Source of the DNA: Tubulanus polymorphus
Lineage: Eukaryota; Animalia; Nemertea
Length of the DNA stretch: 64,000 nt
Reading direction: 5' to 3'
NCBI RefSeq assembly: GCF_964204645.1
Contig: NC_134025.1
Location: forward strand, 17,521,101-17,585,100
Position numbers and translations under genes: made by a program. Positions 12,496-23,804 of this stretch are shown here, piece after piece (the first letter of the stretch is position 1; every line of letters starts with the position of its first letter). Below the pieces are notes generated by a model. It did not search any database. It had not been told where the DNA came from and worked only from the letters and a program-made list of their open reading frames with translations.

Positions 12496-13019
12496 AAATA
12501 TCTTTTTTTTCGTTCAAAAGACCTTTCGCTTGAAAATTCTTTTGTCGGAACAAAATTTATTTCGTTCCAACCAATAATATTCTGTTCGATTGAACCAATT
12601 CGAAAAAAACGTTAGAACAAAGTTGAACAAACTTTTTTTTGTCCAAACGAAAGGTTTTTTGTTCGAACAATTGTTCGATTGAACAGAATCGTTTGAATTT
12701 GATCAGAATTTTATTTTCAGAACATTAGGTTTTTCGTTCGAACGAGTATATTGTAAAAAGTTTTTTCTCCGAACCAAAAGTATTAAGTATTTCGTTCAAC
12801 CGAATAGAATTGTTTTCATTCAAATATTCGTTCGAAAAAATTGTTTTCGCTCAACCAAATTTTTTTGCCGGGAAAAAAAGTTTTTCATTTCAACAATAAC
12901 AAAGCTTTCAGAATGAAGAAAAGTTTTGGTTCAAACAAAAAGCATACAAGATTTTCTCGTCGGATCATTAAGTTTTTTGATCGAACAGCGTGTTAAGGTC
13001 GTTTTGGAAATTTACTCGG

Positions 13020-13350
13020 TCTGGTATATTTTGGATTACTGTGTATGTCATTTGTCAGGACATTAAACAGAAGACGACTTAGGATACTACCTTGCGTGAC
13101 TCGACTAGTTAGACCGACTTAATCCAAGATGAAGCGTTCCGTTGATTTCGGCTACAAGCTTTCGTTCAGAGATAATGCTGAGCCATTTCGGCAACCTATC
13201 ATTGATACTGTTTCCTAATAGCCTTGTTTAGTAATGGCTGATGTTGTACCTTATTAAATACTTTGTCGAAATCATTAAGAGTAATTATCGCCTAACAGTC
13301 GATTTTCCAGAGTCAAATAGGACATCTGGTTCAGTTGTCCATGGTTTCAA
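13020..13350 (-). pseudogene. Degenerate CR1/L2-type reverse transcriptase fragment within a HINE
   Basis: Reverse-complement homolog of 52480-52790 (..VTQGSILS.LLF..L.ND). Confidence 0.65.
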
Positions 13351-13420
13351 GAAGGTCTAATTGACTGTTTGTCGAGCTTCCTCTTATAAAACTGTATTAA
13401 CCATTGCTTTGCAGCTATAT

Positions 13421-13983
13421 TTTTAGTTAATTTTTGTTCTGATTCAATATTATCTGTTTCGATATTATCTTTATATTCTATAGGTTTGATGTTAGAAAAT
13501 GTTATAACTCCAGTAGAAATTAATGTCATTATTCCACCTAATCGAAATGAAGCGTATCCAACCCATTTTTGTAATTCTGTCATAACGTAAGTAGTCATTT
13601 TTTAAATCAGTATATAATTTATTTTCATCATCAATTGGTATTATCCGGTTACATAATTTAGAGTAACATTTAACTATTCCATCAATAATAGAGTCATTTA
13701 TTCTAGCTAATCTAGCTTCTTCATATATTTTGAAATGTTTGATTACTTTATCTGGTTTCATATTATCTAATTCTTGAGAAGTTATAATTTTTCCGATAAA
13801 TTCATTACATTTACCGCTAGCAATTGATAATTCTAGATGATGCTTACATGTTAAATAGTATTTATAATCAATATTATCATTTTGATAACAATTAGAAACA
13901 ACCGTATCATTATTCCCAGTAATGCCCAAATCTTCTATTGTCTTTTCAATATGAATATTATTTTTACTCGATTTCTTTGACAT
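13421..13983 (-). pseudogene. Polinton conserved hypothetical protein; one frameshift near 13590
   Basis: ORFs 13492..13983 and 13347..13598 join into one protein (FIGKIITSQELDNM...YEEARL...DLKND). AATAAATG start. Confidence 0.6.
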
Positions 13984-14316
13984 TTATTTTAGCAAAAAAG
14001 CGAAAAGAATATTATAAGTATTCTTCAAATGATACTAGTAACTCTTTAGATTAATACTAGCTAGTTAAGTTAAAGAATTCTAGTATTAACTAGATTTGAA
14101 TAGCTATTTGAAGTTAAAGAATTTCTATTCAATTGTATTCAAAATATAAAGTATTCTCCTTGTGAAAAGAAATATTAGATTTTGAATAAAAATATTATAG
14201 AATTCACTATATAGTTGAAGTTATTGTTTTTTTAATATATTTTATTTAAATTAGGATTCAATACCTCACTAGTTTTGTCTATCTATAGGAGCAGTTAAAA
14301 TAACTGTCCAGATAAG

Positions 14317-15024
14317 TCATTTCGGATTCTCGGTATTAAATTCCTCAACGTATTGTTCATTATTTGGATCATTGTTCCATAATTCAATAAATGTCTTTGC
14401 TTTATCTAATTGCTCCAAATACAACTTTAAATCTAGTTTGTTAGATTTAATTATATTTTCTTTCTTTTCAAGAGCCCTTAAGTTTTTCCAGTTCCAGATT
14501 AATTTCTGATTGCATTCGACATTCATGTTAAATTTAGAAATCGGCAACACATGATCTATTTGGAAATATTCGCCATAATTATTAATATTCATTTCATCAT
14601 TGAACTGAAATATAATCCATGATTTAAGAAATTTATCTGAACAGCCTAATAAATTAGATAGTGTGGCTGAATGCGTTTCTTTACTGAATAATTGTGTTAA
14701 ACTAACACCTAGACATTTTCTCATTTTGAAATTAAAATCTGTTTTATACCTTTCTTTTTGATAATTATTATAATATTCTGGAATATTAGCTCGCCAACGT
14801 CTATTTTTTTCATTACATTTTTCTGGATTATTCACTTGATATTGTTTCGTATATAGTTTGCTACAAGTTTTACAGTAACTTTGCTTACCATCTTAAGGAT
14901 ATTTATCTTTATAATATTCTGAAGATTGTTTATCAAATTCACACTTTGAACATTTCTTATGATATATATTTATAACACCAGTATTGTTTTTAATATTGAT
15001 AGTTTGTGATTGTTCTGACTCCAT
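14317..15024 (-). pseudogene. Zn-finger + HNH endonuclease of the large-DNA-virus (prasinovirus endonuclease VII-like) type
   Basis: N-terminal KCSKCEFDK...DGKQSYCKTC with a stop. C-terminal LLGCSDKFLKSWI..QF..MNINNYGEYFQIDHVLPISKF...NWKNLRAL..ENIIKSNK. Confidence 0.82.
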
Positions 15025-15706
15025 TTATTATACATATTTCTTTTATTAAAATTGATTAACATGCTAGAATCCTCTTCTATTCCTCGTCCTTTTTCATTCC
15101 TCACTTTTGGATAAGTCATTTCGGATCCTTGATATCAAAATCATACCAGTTGCAATATCCAAGGCGGTCCTAAATGACCGCTTTTGCTCAGTGCGCGTGC
15201 GCCAATCAAAATTATATATTTATTCTATAAAATTGAAACGACCAAATTATATCACGAAATATATTACAAATATATTTTGTAAACTCCGAATTATATCACG
15301 AAATGGGATGGATATTATAACTGTATATGTCTGTTTGAGGGAGCGATCTCTGGTTCAGTGTTAATACGTCCTGTGTATGTACTAGCGCATATGAAACTGC
15401 CAGTTATTTAATTAACAAGCACCATCTGTCACCGTTTGCAATAAACGATCATTAATAAATCCACGCGTAAGTGGGCGACAGGTGTTTTTTCAGTTTTATA
15501 GTGTTGTATGATATAATGTTAGATATCAACGGGTAGTATGAATATGGCTCAATCCTTATCTCACTACTTTTGTCTATCTATGCTGTTTTAGTTTTATTGT
15601 GTCTTGCTTTTTCAACAGTAGTACTTCTTATTTGCTTCCATTTTAATATCAAATTTTTTATTAAAATTGATTTTAGAAGTTATTCATATTCATATATATG
15701 AATATT

Positions 15707-15838
15707 TTAAGAGTAATAGGGAATATGGGGGTTCAGGTTAAAGGTTGAAAGGTCGAAAAATAAATTCGAGTGTGCGAGAATTTATTTTTCGACCTTTCGA
15801 CCTTTGGCTTGAACCCCCATATTCCCTATTACTCTTAA
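15707..15838. repeat. 132-bp hairpin palindrome at the putative viral terminus
   Basis: 61-bp arms with 4 mismatches, loop GAGTGTGCGA. Adjacent to a remnant of the MEANK Zn-finger ORF (15560-15645), as at 42.8 kb and 59.7 kb. Confidence 0.92.
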
Positions 15839-15839
15839 C

Positions 15840-16092
15840 CCCCTCTCATCTACCACATAACTAACGAGAAAAATACGATAGAATTACTTTTTGGGCCATT
15901 AAATCAGAAATGTTTCGACGCCAATTGAAAAATGTGTGTCATTTTCAGCTGTGTCTAATGTTTTACGAGAACGGAGTTCCAATTTGAAGTTACTACGAAA
16001 ATGAGAAGAGTCGGCGCTTTTTTGACTACGACTTTCGATCCTTTTTATTTCATAGCATTGGCATGACGTCATTGACGTCAACCAATGCTAAC
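15840..16092. repeat. Interspersed repeat (HINE-like end); other copies at ~40750-41230 (with a 63-bp triplication) and ~62890-63232
   Basis: Shared CCCTCTCATCTACCACATAACTAACGAGAAAAAT...AGCATTGGCATGACGTCA..GACGTCAACCAATGCTAA. Confidence 0.75.
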
Positions 16093-19000
16093 AAAAAACT
16101 AACGAATATCGATGCATGAAGCAATTGAGGAAATCACGAGGAGTAAGAGAAAACAAACGTTTTCTTATTGTGCTGTATACTGGGTAATCAGTGTTCTGAA
16201 AGTTGGTCAGTGTGCTAACCATTTGGTCGGTAGTGTGATGGCAGGGCTGAACAGTGGTCCCTATCCAGAGGTGTTTTTTTTCATATAGGTATATCATGTT
16301 GAGTAAGTCGAACGTTTTCAGGTTAACATATACCCCGTCTCAAGACAAGTCGCGAATGATGCAAAACTATACGGGTCATTTCAATATAAATGGCCAACTT
16401 GATGTTATCAAAAAGTAGGCCTTCCCTATGGCTGCTTAAAATATTAACACAAGCAATGTGGATTCGAGGGTATTTTTGACTATCAAATATTATATTATAA
16501 ATTATTGAAAATCATTTTGATTAATTAATAAAGGTTAAAAAAAATAATTTTAAATCCACTTACCCCCCAAAAACCTATGTTATTGGTAGGGTTACCGTAG
16601 TCTAACCATAGTTTAACCCTTTTTAATAAAACATGAAACAAAAATTATGAAAATATTTCACTTCCATTGGCAATTTATCGATTCATATTTTGTATACATT
16701 ACTACGTTTTTGTTGGTCCTAAATCACTCTTTTTAGAAATAAGTTATAAAATATACATTCATTGTTGTAACTGGTTTTATGTCAATTCTGCAACGATCAC
16801 TTATTCTTCATGTGACAAGCAAGTAAAGCCATCTATCCAATCAATCAAGTGTCCCGCCAAAAGTAATTGTAACAATGCAACACGTTGGACTGAAGTGCAT
16901 GCATAAAGGAGGGTAAGTTTACTTCAAATTTCATTTGAAAACTGCCGTCTTAGTCCACATCACACAGTTATGTCAATTCTGCAACATGCATAACGACCTC
17001 GAGACACTGTATATGGTATCTGATATATCATTGAACCCAGGATATTGATGATATGAAGCATTGTATTTGTATGCATGTGCATGAAGTTTTAATAAGATGG
17101 CTTTCAGTTGTGTTTTATCAATGATATGTCAACTCTGCAACGGTCATTTCTGCAACAGAATGGCTTCGTTGCAGAAATGACAAAATGTTGCAGAATTGAC
17201 AAATATAAGCATAGTTAACAATTGTAAGTCTCTATTTCACCGGATGACATTCTAGAATTATAATTAAGTCAAATATAAAATATAGTATGAATTGAATAAG
17301 ATATAGCCTATATGCACATTTTGTTTTAATAATTTTTTGACACAAAATCTAGGGCACAGGCGTAATCAAGTATTCGTCCCCGTTAAAGGCTACTAAATGC
17401 TCTCCCAAATTTAACTATGCGCCGATACCAAATTATTATGAAAAGGGTATTGCCTTAGAAGCTTGTTTGTTCTGCGCCGCTGCGGAAACCCGTTTTAGTG
17501 GTGTTAGAGGGTGTTATTTTATAGAAATCTATGCGTAAAATTCACCCACCTGGATTAAAGTATTTGAAGAAAACTTGACATAATCTTTCATTTCAATATT
17601 TCAGATGCCGCCTCCATTATTAACGAAGGAGAGATCAAAAAGGCACTTCCAAAAATTAAAAATGGACCCCGCCAAATATGAGGGAAAAAACGAAAAGACA
17701 GAGAACATTACCATCAGCGGAAAGCACTAGGGGAAATTAAGTCAATAGCTGAATTATCAGCTAGAGATAAAAGAGCCAAGCGCAAATACTGGAAAACAAA
17801 ACAAGAGAAACACCGTGAAAATTTGAAAAAAAAAAAGAAAACCAAAATATAAATAACACAGAAAATAAAATACACGGTCGAACTAAAGCAGGTCAGCTCC
17901 TACGAGTTGCACATAAAGTAAAACGGAACAAAGAAATTACAGATCTCAAAGGAAAGATTGAAAAACTAAAGATACAACTAAACAGAACGAGGGTTAGGCC
18001 GAGCCGTTCGGCAGAGAAACGCACTAGTGAATATCCACGCACAAAAACGAGGATATTAATGGCACAGCGACCACAAACCGTAGCACGTACCCTCACCTAT
18101 CACCATACATTGCTTCAAGCTTTTAAGGATCGCTACAAAAGTCTAATAATTTGCCACAGCCAAAGTGGTTTACCTTTCTACTATCTAGAAGAATGTACAA
18201 TTATACATGTATTCATTTTGATTTCCACTTGCGTCGTGGCTGCTAGTTTTGGTTTAGATATGTCCAGAAAACTATAAGGGCTCTGGGAAGCATGACAAAT
18301 AATTTGATATTGGCTGTGTTTTAGCAATTCTTCGTATTTAGCATAAAAATCCATGAAGCCAATTAAACAGTTCCAAAATTCTCATTTTAGGCCTACCAGC
18401 TCATTTTCTTCCTGATGAATGTGGCAATATTCATATACTCATCAGAATGTGACAAACAATGATTTATTGACTTTCTGAAATTGCCATATAATATATTTTT
18501 AGAACAAATAAACGTTGAATATTTTATCATACGGGTGTCTCCTACAATTTTGAGGTCTCTGAAAAATTTTAAGCTCAAACATTCCGAACTGAATATTTTC
18601 TGAAAAAGGTCAAAAGTCTAGTTTAAAAACAATAAATTTCAAAACTTTATTGGCAATTTACTGTTTTTAAAACGGTAAATTTCCCGTTCTAGAAGCTTTA
18701 AAAACCTTTTGAGTATGTGGAATTAAGTGGACACCTTGCACTCCCTTGCTTACCCAGATACCGTAACGTATAGTACCTAAATATACATTATTGTTATGAT
18801 TTTACGTCAAGAAACAGCGATTTTACCAGACCTTGACTAAGTTATATAATATTTTAAGGTTACCTTAAAATATCGTAAGTATCGACGAAGTATCTAACGA
18901 AATTAAAATAGGAGCACACTAATTTATAGTTTCCACAGAAATAGTTCAAATGATTATCCACGACAATAAAGCGTTCCTAATAAAGCTTATTTCAATTAAA

Positions 19001-19992
19001 AACTTCTTAATTAGGAACAGACAGCGTATGACAGTTTTTGTAAAACGCGCTAGGAGAGCGCAGTAGTGCAACGCGCGGTTATACGTGAAAACAGAGTATA
19101 CATACACTTCGCCACGCACTGCGGTGTGTATGTACGTACGTTAAATATATGGATTGCATACCAGCTGATTTACGTAGTGCGCGGATTTTAATGTGTATGC
19201 GCTGTTACGCAAAGAATGCCAATCTACCGCAAAAACATCGGCAAACACACTAATTAGCCTACGGCAATAGCAAATGAAAAAGCGCACACAACTGTGTGGA
19301 ACCAATAAACTCTCATTTCAACAAAAACGATGCCAAACATTTGTCGACTGCCTCTCCAAAAACGCCGCCTCTCGAACTGGCGCCATCGTCTATTACTCTT
19401 TCAAAGAAAGAATGTATTTTGTACGAGTCAGTCAAAATAAGACAATGACAAGACAAAGCTGGGCTAGGACTATAGAAATTGTCACACTTACTAAGTTCGA
19501 GATACTAAATTAGATTTTATGCTGTAAATTACATAGTTTGTTCAATCTCGATTAATGTTGTTATTTTGAGAATTGACATGTCTGGTTAAGTAATAATGTA
19601 TGTTGAGTTGTTTGAGTTGTTTGGACAATTAGGGTCCGTGGTTACTCCTTGTCATAACATGTCATCACTAAAATATGAACATTATCAACGTTTAGTTTTG
19701 TCTTCTTGGTTGTCGCTGGATTACTCTGCAGTTAACTGTACTCTGTACTTAAAGCAGCACTCAGGTCGCCCTACGACGCGACGCAACTGAAGACCACGAG
19801 TTGTAACCGCGCTCAGGTCGCTTACAACTAGATCTAGAAGCGACCGGCAGCAACGGGATTGAAACGTTCAACGCTAATCAGTGCGCGCTCAGGTCGCCCT
19901 ACGACCGTCGCTGCAACGCGCGATTCAATTGATCATGTGATCTGTTCAAAATGGCGTCACCCATGTTCAATTAATCATGTGATCTGTTCAAA

Positions 19993-22790
19993 ATGGCGCC
20001 GCCCACGTTATCGGTATGTATTTTTTGTTTTTTGCCGAATATCAAAAAATTTATAATTAAATTTTGATCAGAAGTAAACCGATATTGTTCTTACTTAACC
20101 ATAAAAGTTCACACTGAATATTTAGTTCAAAAGTATCTCGATTTAAGCAAAAAATAAGTGGTTTTTAACGTCTCATTTGCAGGAATTAATCAATCAATTC
20201 AATTCAATCTACTAGGCCTAGTTACTAGTCCATTCTTGCTACATTGGCAGTTCCTGGGACTTTGGTTTTGCTTTTAAAATCTATCAATCCTGTCCAAGAA
20301 TGGTTCTGTTTTTCACCTTGATCCTCTGTCATCAGCTTTTTCATTAGTCGTCTGGGATATTAAGTTTGGTCACCAGGAAAGCTAAGCTGTTATTCGCATT
20401 TTCTTTTCAGGATAAACAGAGACAATCTCTGCTCACTCAAGCCCATATACGAAGAAAATATGCCGCTGCCGCTGCTGCTCTCCTCATTAGGAAGCAGCAA
20501 GCTGAAAAAACGAAAAGAACCTACTGGAAGAAGGAGTGGATCAAAAAACATGATCAGCAAGGGATCTACCTCCAACTTCTGAGAGAACTGGCAACAGGAG
20601 ATGTAAAGGCCTACCAGAATTTCCTCCGTGTGATGCCAGATCAATTTCGTGAAATACAAGAAAGGATAGCTCCTTATATTCAAAAAGAAAATACCAATTT
20701 TCACAAGGCTGTTCCCGTCGATGAAAGACTGGCAGTAACACTGCGATTTCTAGCGACCGGTAGTTATTTTAATATACATTGTACTTTATTTTACTTAGAA
20801 AAAAACACATCGTATCAAAAATTCATGTAATGTTCAAATGCAATTGTATAATTTTAAAATTTAATTTCATACGTTATATATATTCATATATAGTATACAA
20901 CTCATATCATATATAAACGAATACCTAGTACATGGAAAATTACTTGATTGTTGAAAATGTGAAATACAACATATTTACAAATGGCGAATAGAAACAAAAA
21001 ATTCGTAATACAAAAATATCTTTGCAGGCGAATCGTACAAATCTCTGTCGTATGGATTCAGACTGGGTGCAACGACCATAGGAGAAATAATTCCGGAGAC
21101 ATGTGATGCAATTTGTGCAAGCATGAAAGACGAATTTATGAAGGTGAATATCAAATAAAGGAACCCAATATTACGACTATTTTGTTAAATTGAATGTTGA
21201 ATACTGACCTATGAATACAAAATAACCTACTACATACTGATTGTTTATGTCTATATATATATATTGCAAACAAACCGAGAAATACTGATTTATGAATACA
21301 AAAAAATCTATGATATACTGATTGTCATGTCATGTCATATATATATTTATTGCAAACAAACTGAGAAATACTGATAAAAAAAATCTACGTTATACTGATT
21401 GTCATCCATATTAAAATAGAAATACTAAAGGATTTATGAAAAATGCGCTTGTGGAGGAACATTGGTTTGAAGCATATTCATATATGAGCTCGATGATTGT
21501 TGCTGTGGTGTAACGTAATGCATATGCTGATAGCTTGTCTGTGGTACCACAATCGCATCGTCAAGACAAGCTAATTCCGCATCTGATATGGCTGCACTTA
21601 TTTTTGCAATTGTCTGCAACTTCACACGCTTGTTGGTGAACTTTTTAATTTTAGCCGCTATATACAAACCAAAGAGGTCATCTTCATCTTGGGCGGGCAG
21701 TTCAGCGAACTTAATCGGCTCAGAAATACCCTGAGCAATTTTCTCAAGAAGCTCATCTTGGTTCCGTTTATGTTGCAGACATTTCCTTTTATTTGGTCCC
21801 GCTTTTTGTGATTTTAAAGGTTCGGGGGTTGACCTTGCACTTGGTGGTGACACAACAGATGTAGATAATGTCTCATCACTTTCATTGCCGCCATTATCAG
21901 CTTCATCATTATCATTTTCGATGGAATCTGGCTCCAGTTCAATCTGGCTTTCAAGCTACAAAAAATTTGTAAATACTGTATTAAAATTTTCATAATTACT
22001 TTTCCAGATGCCTGAGTCGGAAGAAGAGTGGTTAAAGATTGCGTCAGATTTTGAAGAAAGGTGGGATTTTCCACACACGCTTGGCGCAATAGATGGCAAA
22101 CATATTGCACTCAAAGCTCCAAAACATTCAGGATCTATATACTATAATTATAAATCCTTTTTTAGTATCGTACTGATGGCTTTAGTGGATGCAGATTATA
22201 AGTTTATATATGCCGACATCGGCTGTAATGGCCGAATTTCCGATGGCGGAGTATTTTCAGGATGTACGTTGTCAGAAGCATTGGAAAAACATCTACTCAA
22301 TATCCCGAAACCCTGTCCATTGGAGGGTCAATCAGAAGATATGTCATACCACATTCTAGGGGATGATGCCTTCCCATTGAAAGATTACATAATGAAGCCA
22401 TATCCTTTTCGGAACATGACACCTGAGCAAAGGATCTTTAATTATAGGCTCTCTAGAGCCAGGAGAGTCGTTGAGAACGCTTTTGGCATACTCGCATCCA
22501 GATTTAGGGTACTACTCAAGAGGATAGAATTGTCACCAGAAAAGGCTGAAAAACTGGTTATGGCAGTATGTATTCTACATAACTATCTGAGAGTATGCGG
22601 GGATCAAACCGGTCTCACAGCTGCAGAAACCGATGCTTATAATCAGCAAGTACAGACAGAAACTTTAGCTCCGGCAGGAATTCCCCATAGTAACAATGCA
22701 GGATCAAAGCCAAAAGAGAAGCGTGAGAAACTTCGTGAATATTTCTCTAGTGCAGCAGGATCAGTTCCGTGGCAGAACGACATGGTTTAA
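19993..22790 (+). CDS. Harbinger DDE transposase (HARBI1-like); exons 19993-20013, 20411-20759, 21028-21143, 22008-22790
   Basis: GT-AG introns with compatible phases. Motifs LAVTLRFLATG, GAIDGKHI, DIGCNGRISDGG, LGDDAFPL, FNYRLSRARRVVENAFGILASRF. Confidence 0.92.
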
Positions 22791-23504
22791 AATTATTCGT
22801 ACCTGAAAAGATGCAACACTGTCTCGTTGTTTTACGTGTGATTGCAAGAACGCAAGCTTCAATTTTAACCATTCTTGACGTGTGGTCAGTGGCTTATGTC
22901 CACTTCCTGACGGGGGACATTTGATTATCCGACAATACTGGGTCCTAAACGATTTTAATTTTTTCTTTACTGCATCAACTGAAGAAGAAATGATAACATT
23001 AATAATAAAGAGTACTAAATAAAGAATTGATGAAATTTATAATTATTATTGTATTGTATTGATGATTGTAGTGAAAATAAAAAGGTAATAAAGTAGTTTG
23101 TTCTATTGTGTATTCATTCAAAATCATTTTTTTAGAGTTTCTATATCAAGATGAAGTTCTATTTATCAGTGTTTATAGTATGGACACAAACCAACAATTT
23201 CAATAGTTACTGACAATAACTGGCCCAAATAAAATTGTTTTAAAATACAATATATATCAGGACTCGAACCCACACACAGCGGTGTGAAGGTGAAGGTCAT
23301 TATAGTTTTGGATCGGCAATGAACAAAAATGTCAAAAAAATGGTTCTTACCGGACTTTTCTAGCTGGAAACATATCTCCCTTATGTCGCTATCTTTTTTA
23401 TTTCGATTTATGTATTCATTGCACGATGTGTCGTACAATGACGGTCGTTCCTGCCAGAGTTCGATCAACCTCGCTTCAAAAGCTTCCGACCAGCCGTCCG
23501 CCAT
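21434..23504 (-). CDS. Harbinger MADF (Myb/SANT-like) DNA-binding protein with BESS-like C-terminus; exons 23504-23351, 22978-22803, 21955-21434
   Basis: LIELWQERPSLYD..Y.NRNKK, then DAVKKKLKSFRTQY..SGSG, then DEDDLFGLYIAAKIKK. Splice phases are consistent. Confidence 0.88.
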
Positions 23505-23804
23505 TTTGAACTAATCACATGACTATAGTACTTCCCTACAACGCGGAAATCGGTTGCAGTAGCGCTCAGGTCGACAAAAACGCTGTACAACTAGTGGTAG
23601 TCGCTGCGACGCGTTGCTGAAAGTTCAACATGTTCAACTCATAGCGACTGGCAGTTTTTGCGTCGCCGACCCGTCGCTGTCAGTTGTAGACGCGCTCAGG
23701 TCGCCGCGACTGGGAAAAAACCAGTCGCTAACGATCGCTGCCAGTTGCTCGAACCAGTCGCTTCTAGTTGTAGTTGCAGTTGTAAGGGCGACCTGAGTGC
23801 CCCT

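Larger units (their letters stand above)
9203..13420 (+). mobile_element. Composite HINE/Helentron-type element (copy 1) carrying a LINE RT fragment and a nested minisatellite block
   Basis: 5' TTAGGGTTTTC..GAAAACCCTA, 3' TGCTTTGCAGCTATATT. Colinear with the reverse complement of 51400-55122 and with 60264-64000. Removing it restores the KLTKNK*/ATG gene junction. Confidence 0.75.
1..15838. mobile_element. Decayed Polinton/Maverick (adintovirus-like) endogenous viral element, right part; left part lies outside the window
   Basis: Very AT-rich, intronless, tightly packed ORFs: major capsid, FtsK-like packaging ATPase, rve integrase with chromodomain, HNH nuclease, Zn-finger ORFs. Genes converge on a palindromic repeat block at 5.4-5.9 kb. 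pPolB, protease and penton are not seen. The right boundary is inferred from the hairpin at 15707-15838. Confidence 0.9.
19753..23804 (+). mobile_element. PIF/Harbinger transposon, apparently intact
   Basis: TIRs AG(CA/GG)GCACTCAGGTCGCCCT, TAA TSD on both sides, subterminal CTCAGGTCG repeats, two genes. Confidence 0.93.

Noticed and set aside
1-15838. Bacterial prophage or contaminant contig
   Set aside because: The chromodomain integrase and Polinton gene set are interrupted by the same host HINE families found elsewhere in the window, so it is integrated in the animal genome.
16290-16350. Penelope-type hammerhead ribozyme (also considered for the 19.6/28.7 kb direct repeats)
   Set aside because: The CUGANGA...GAAA core and three stems could not be assembled by eye.
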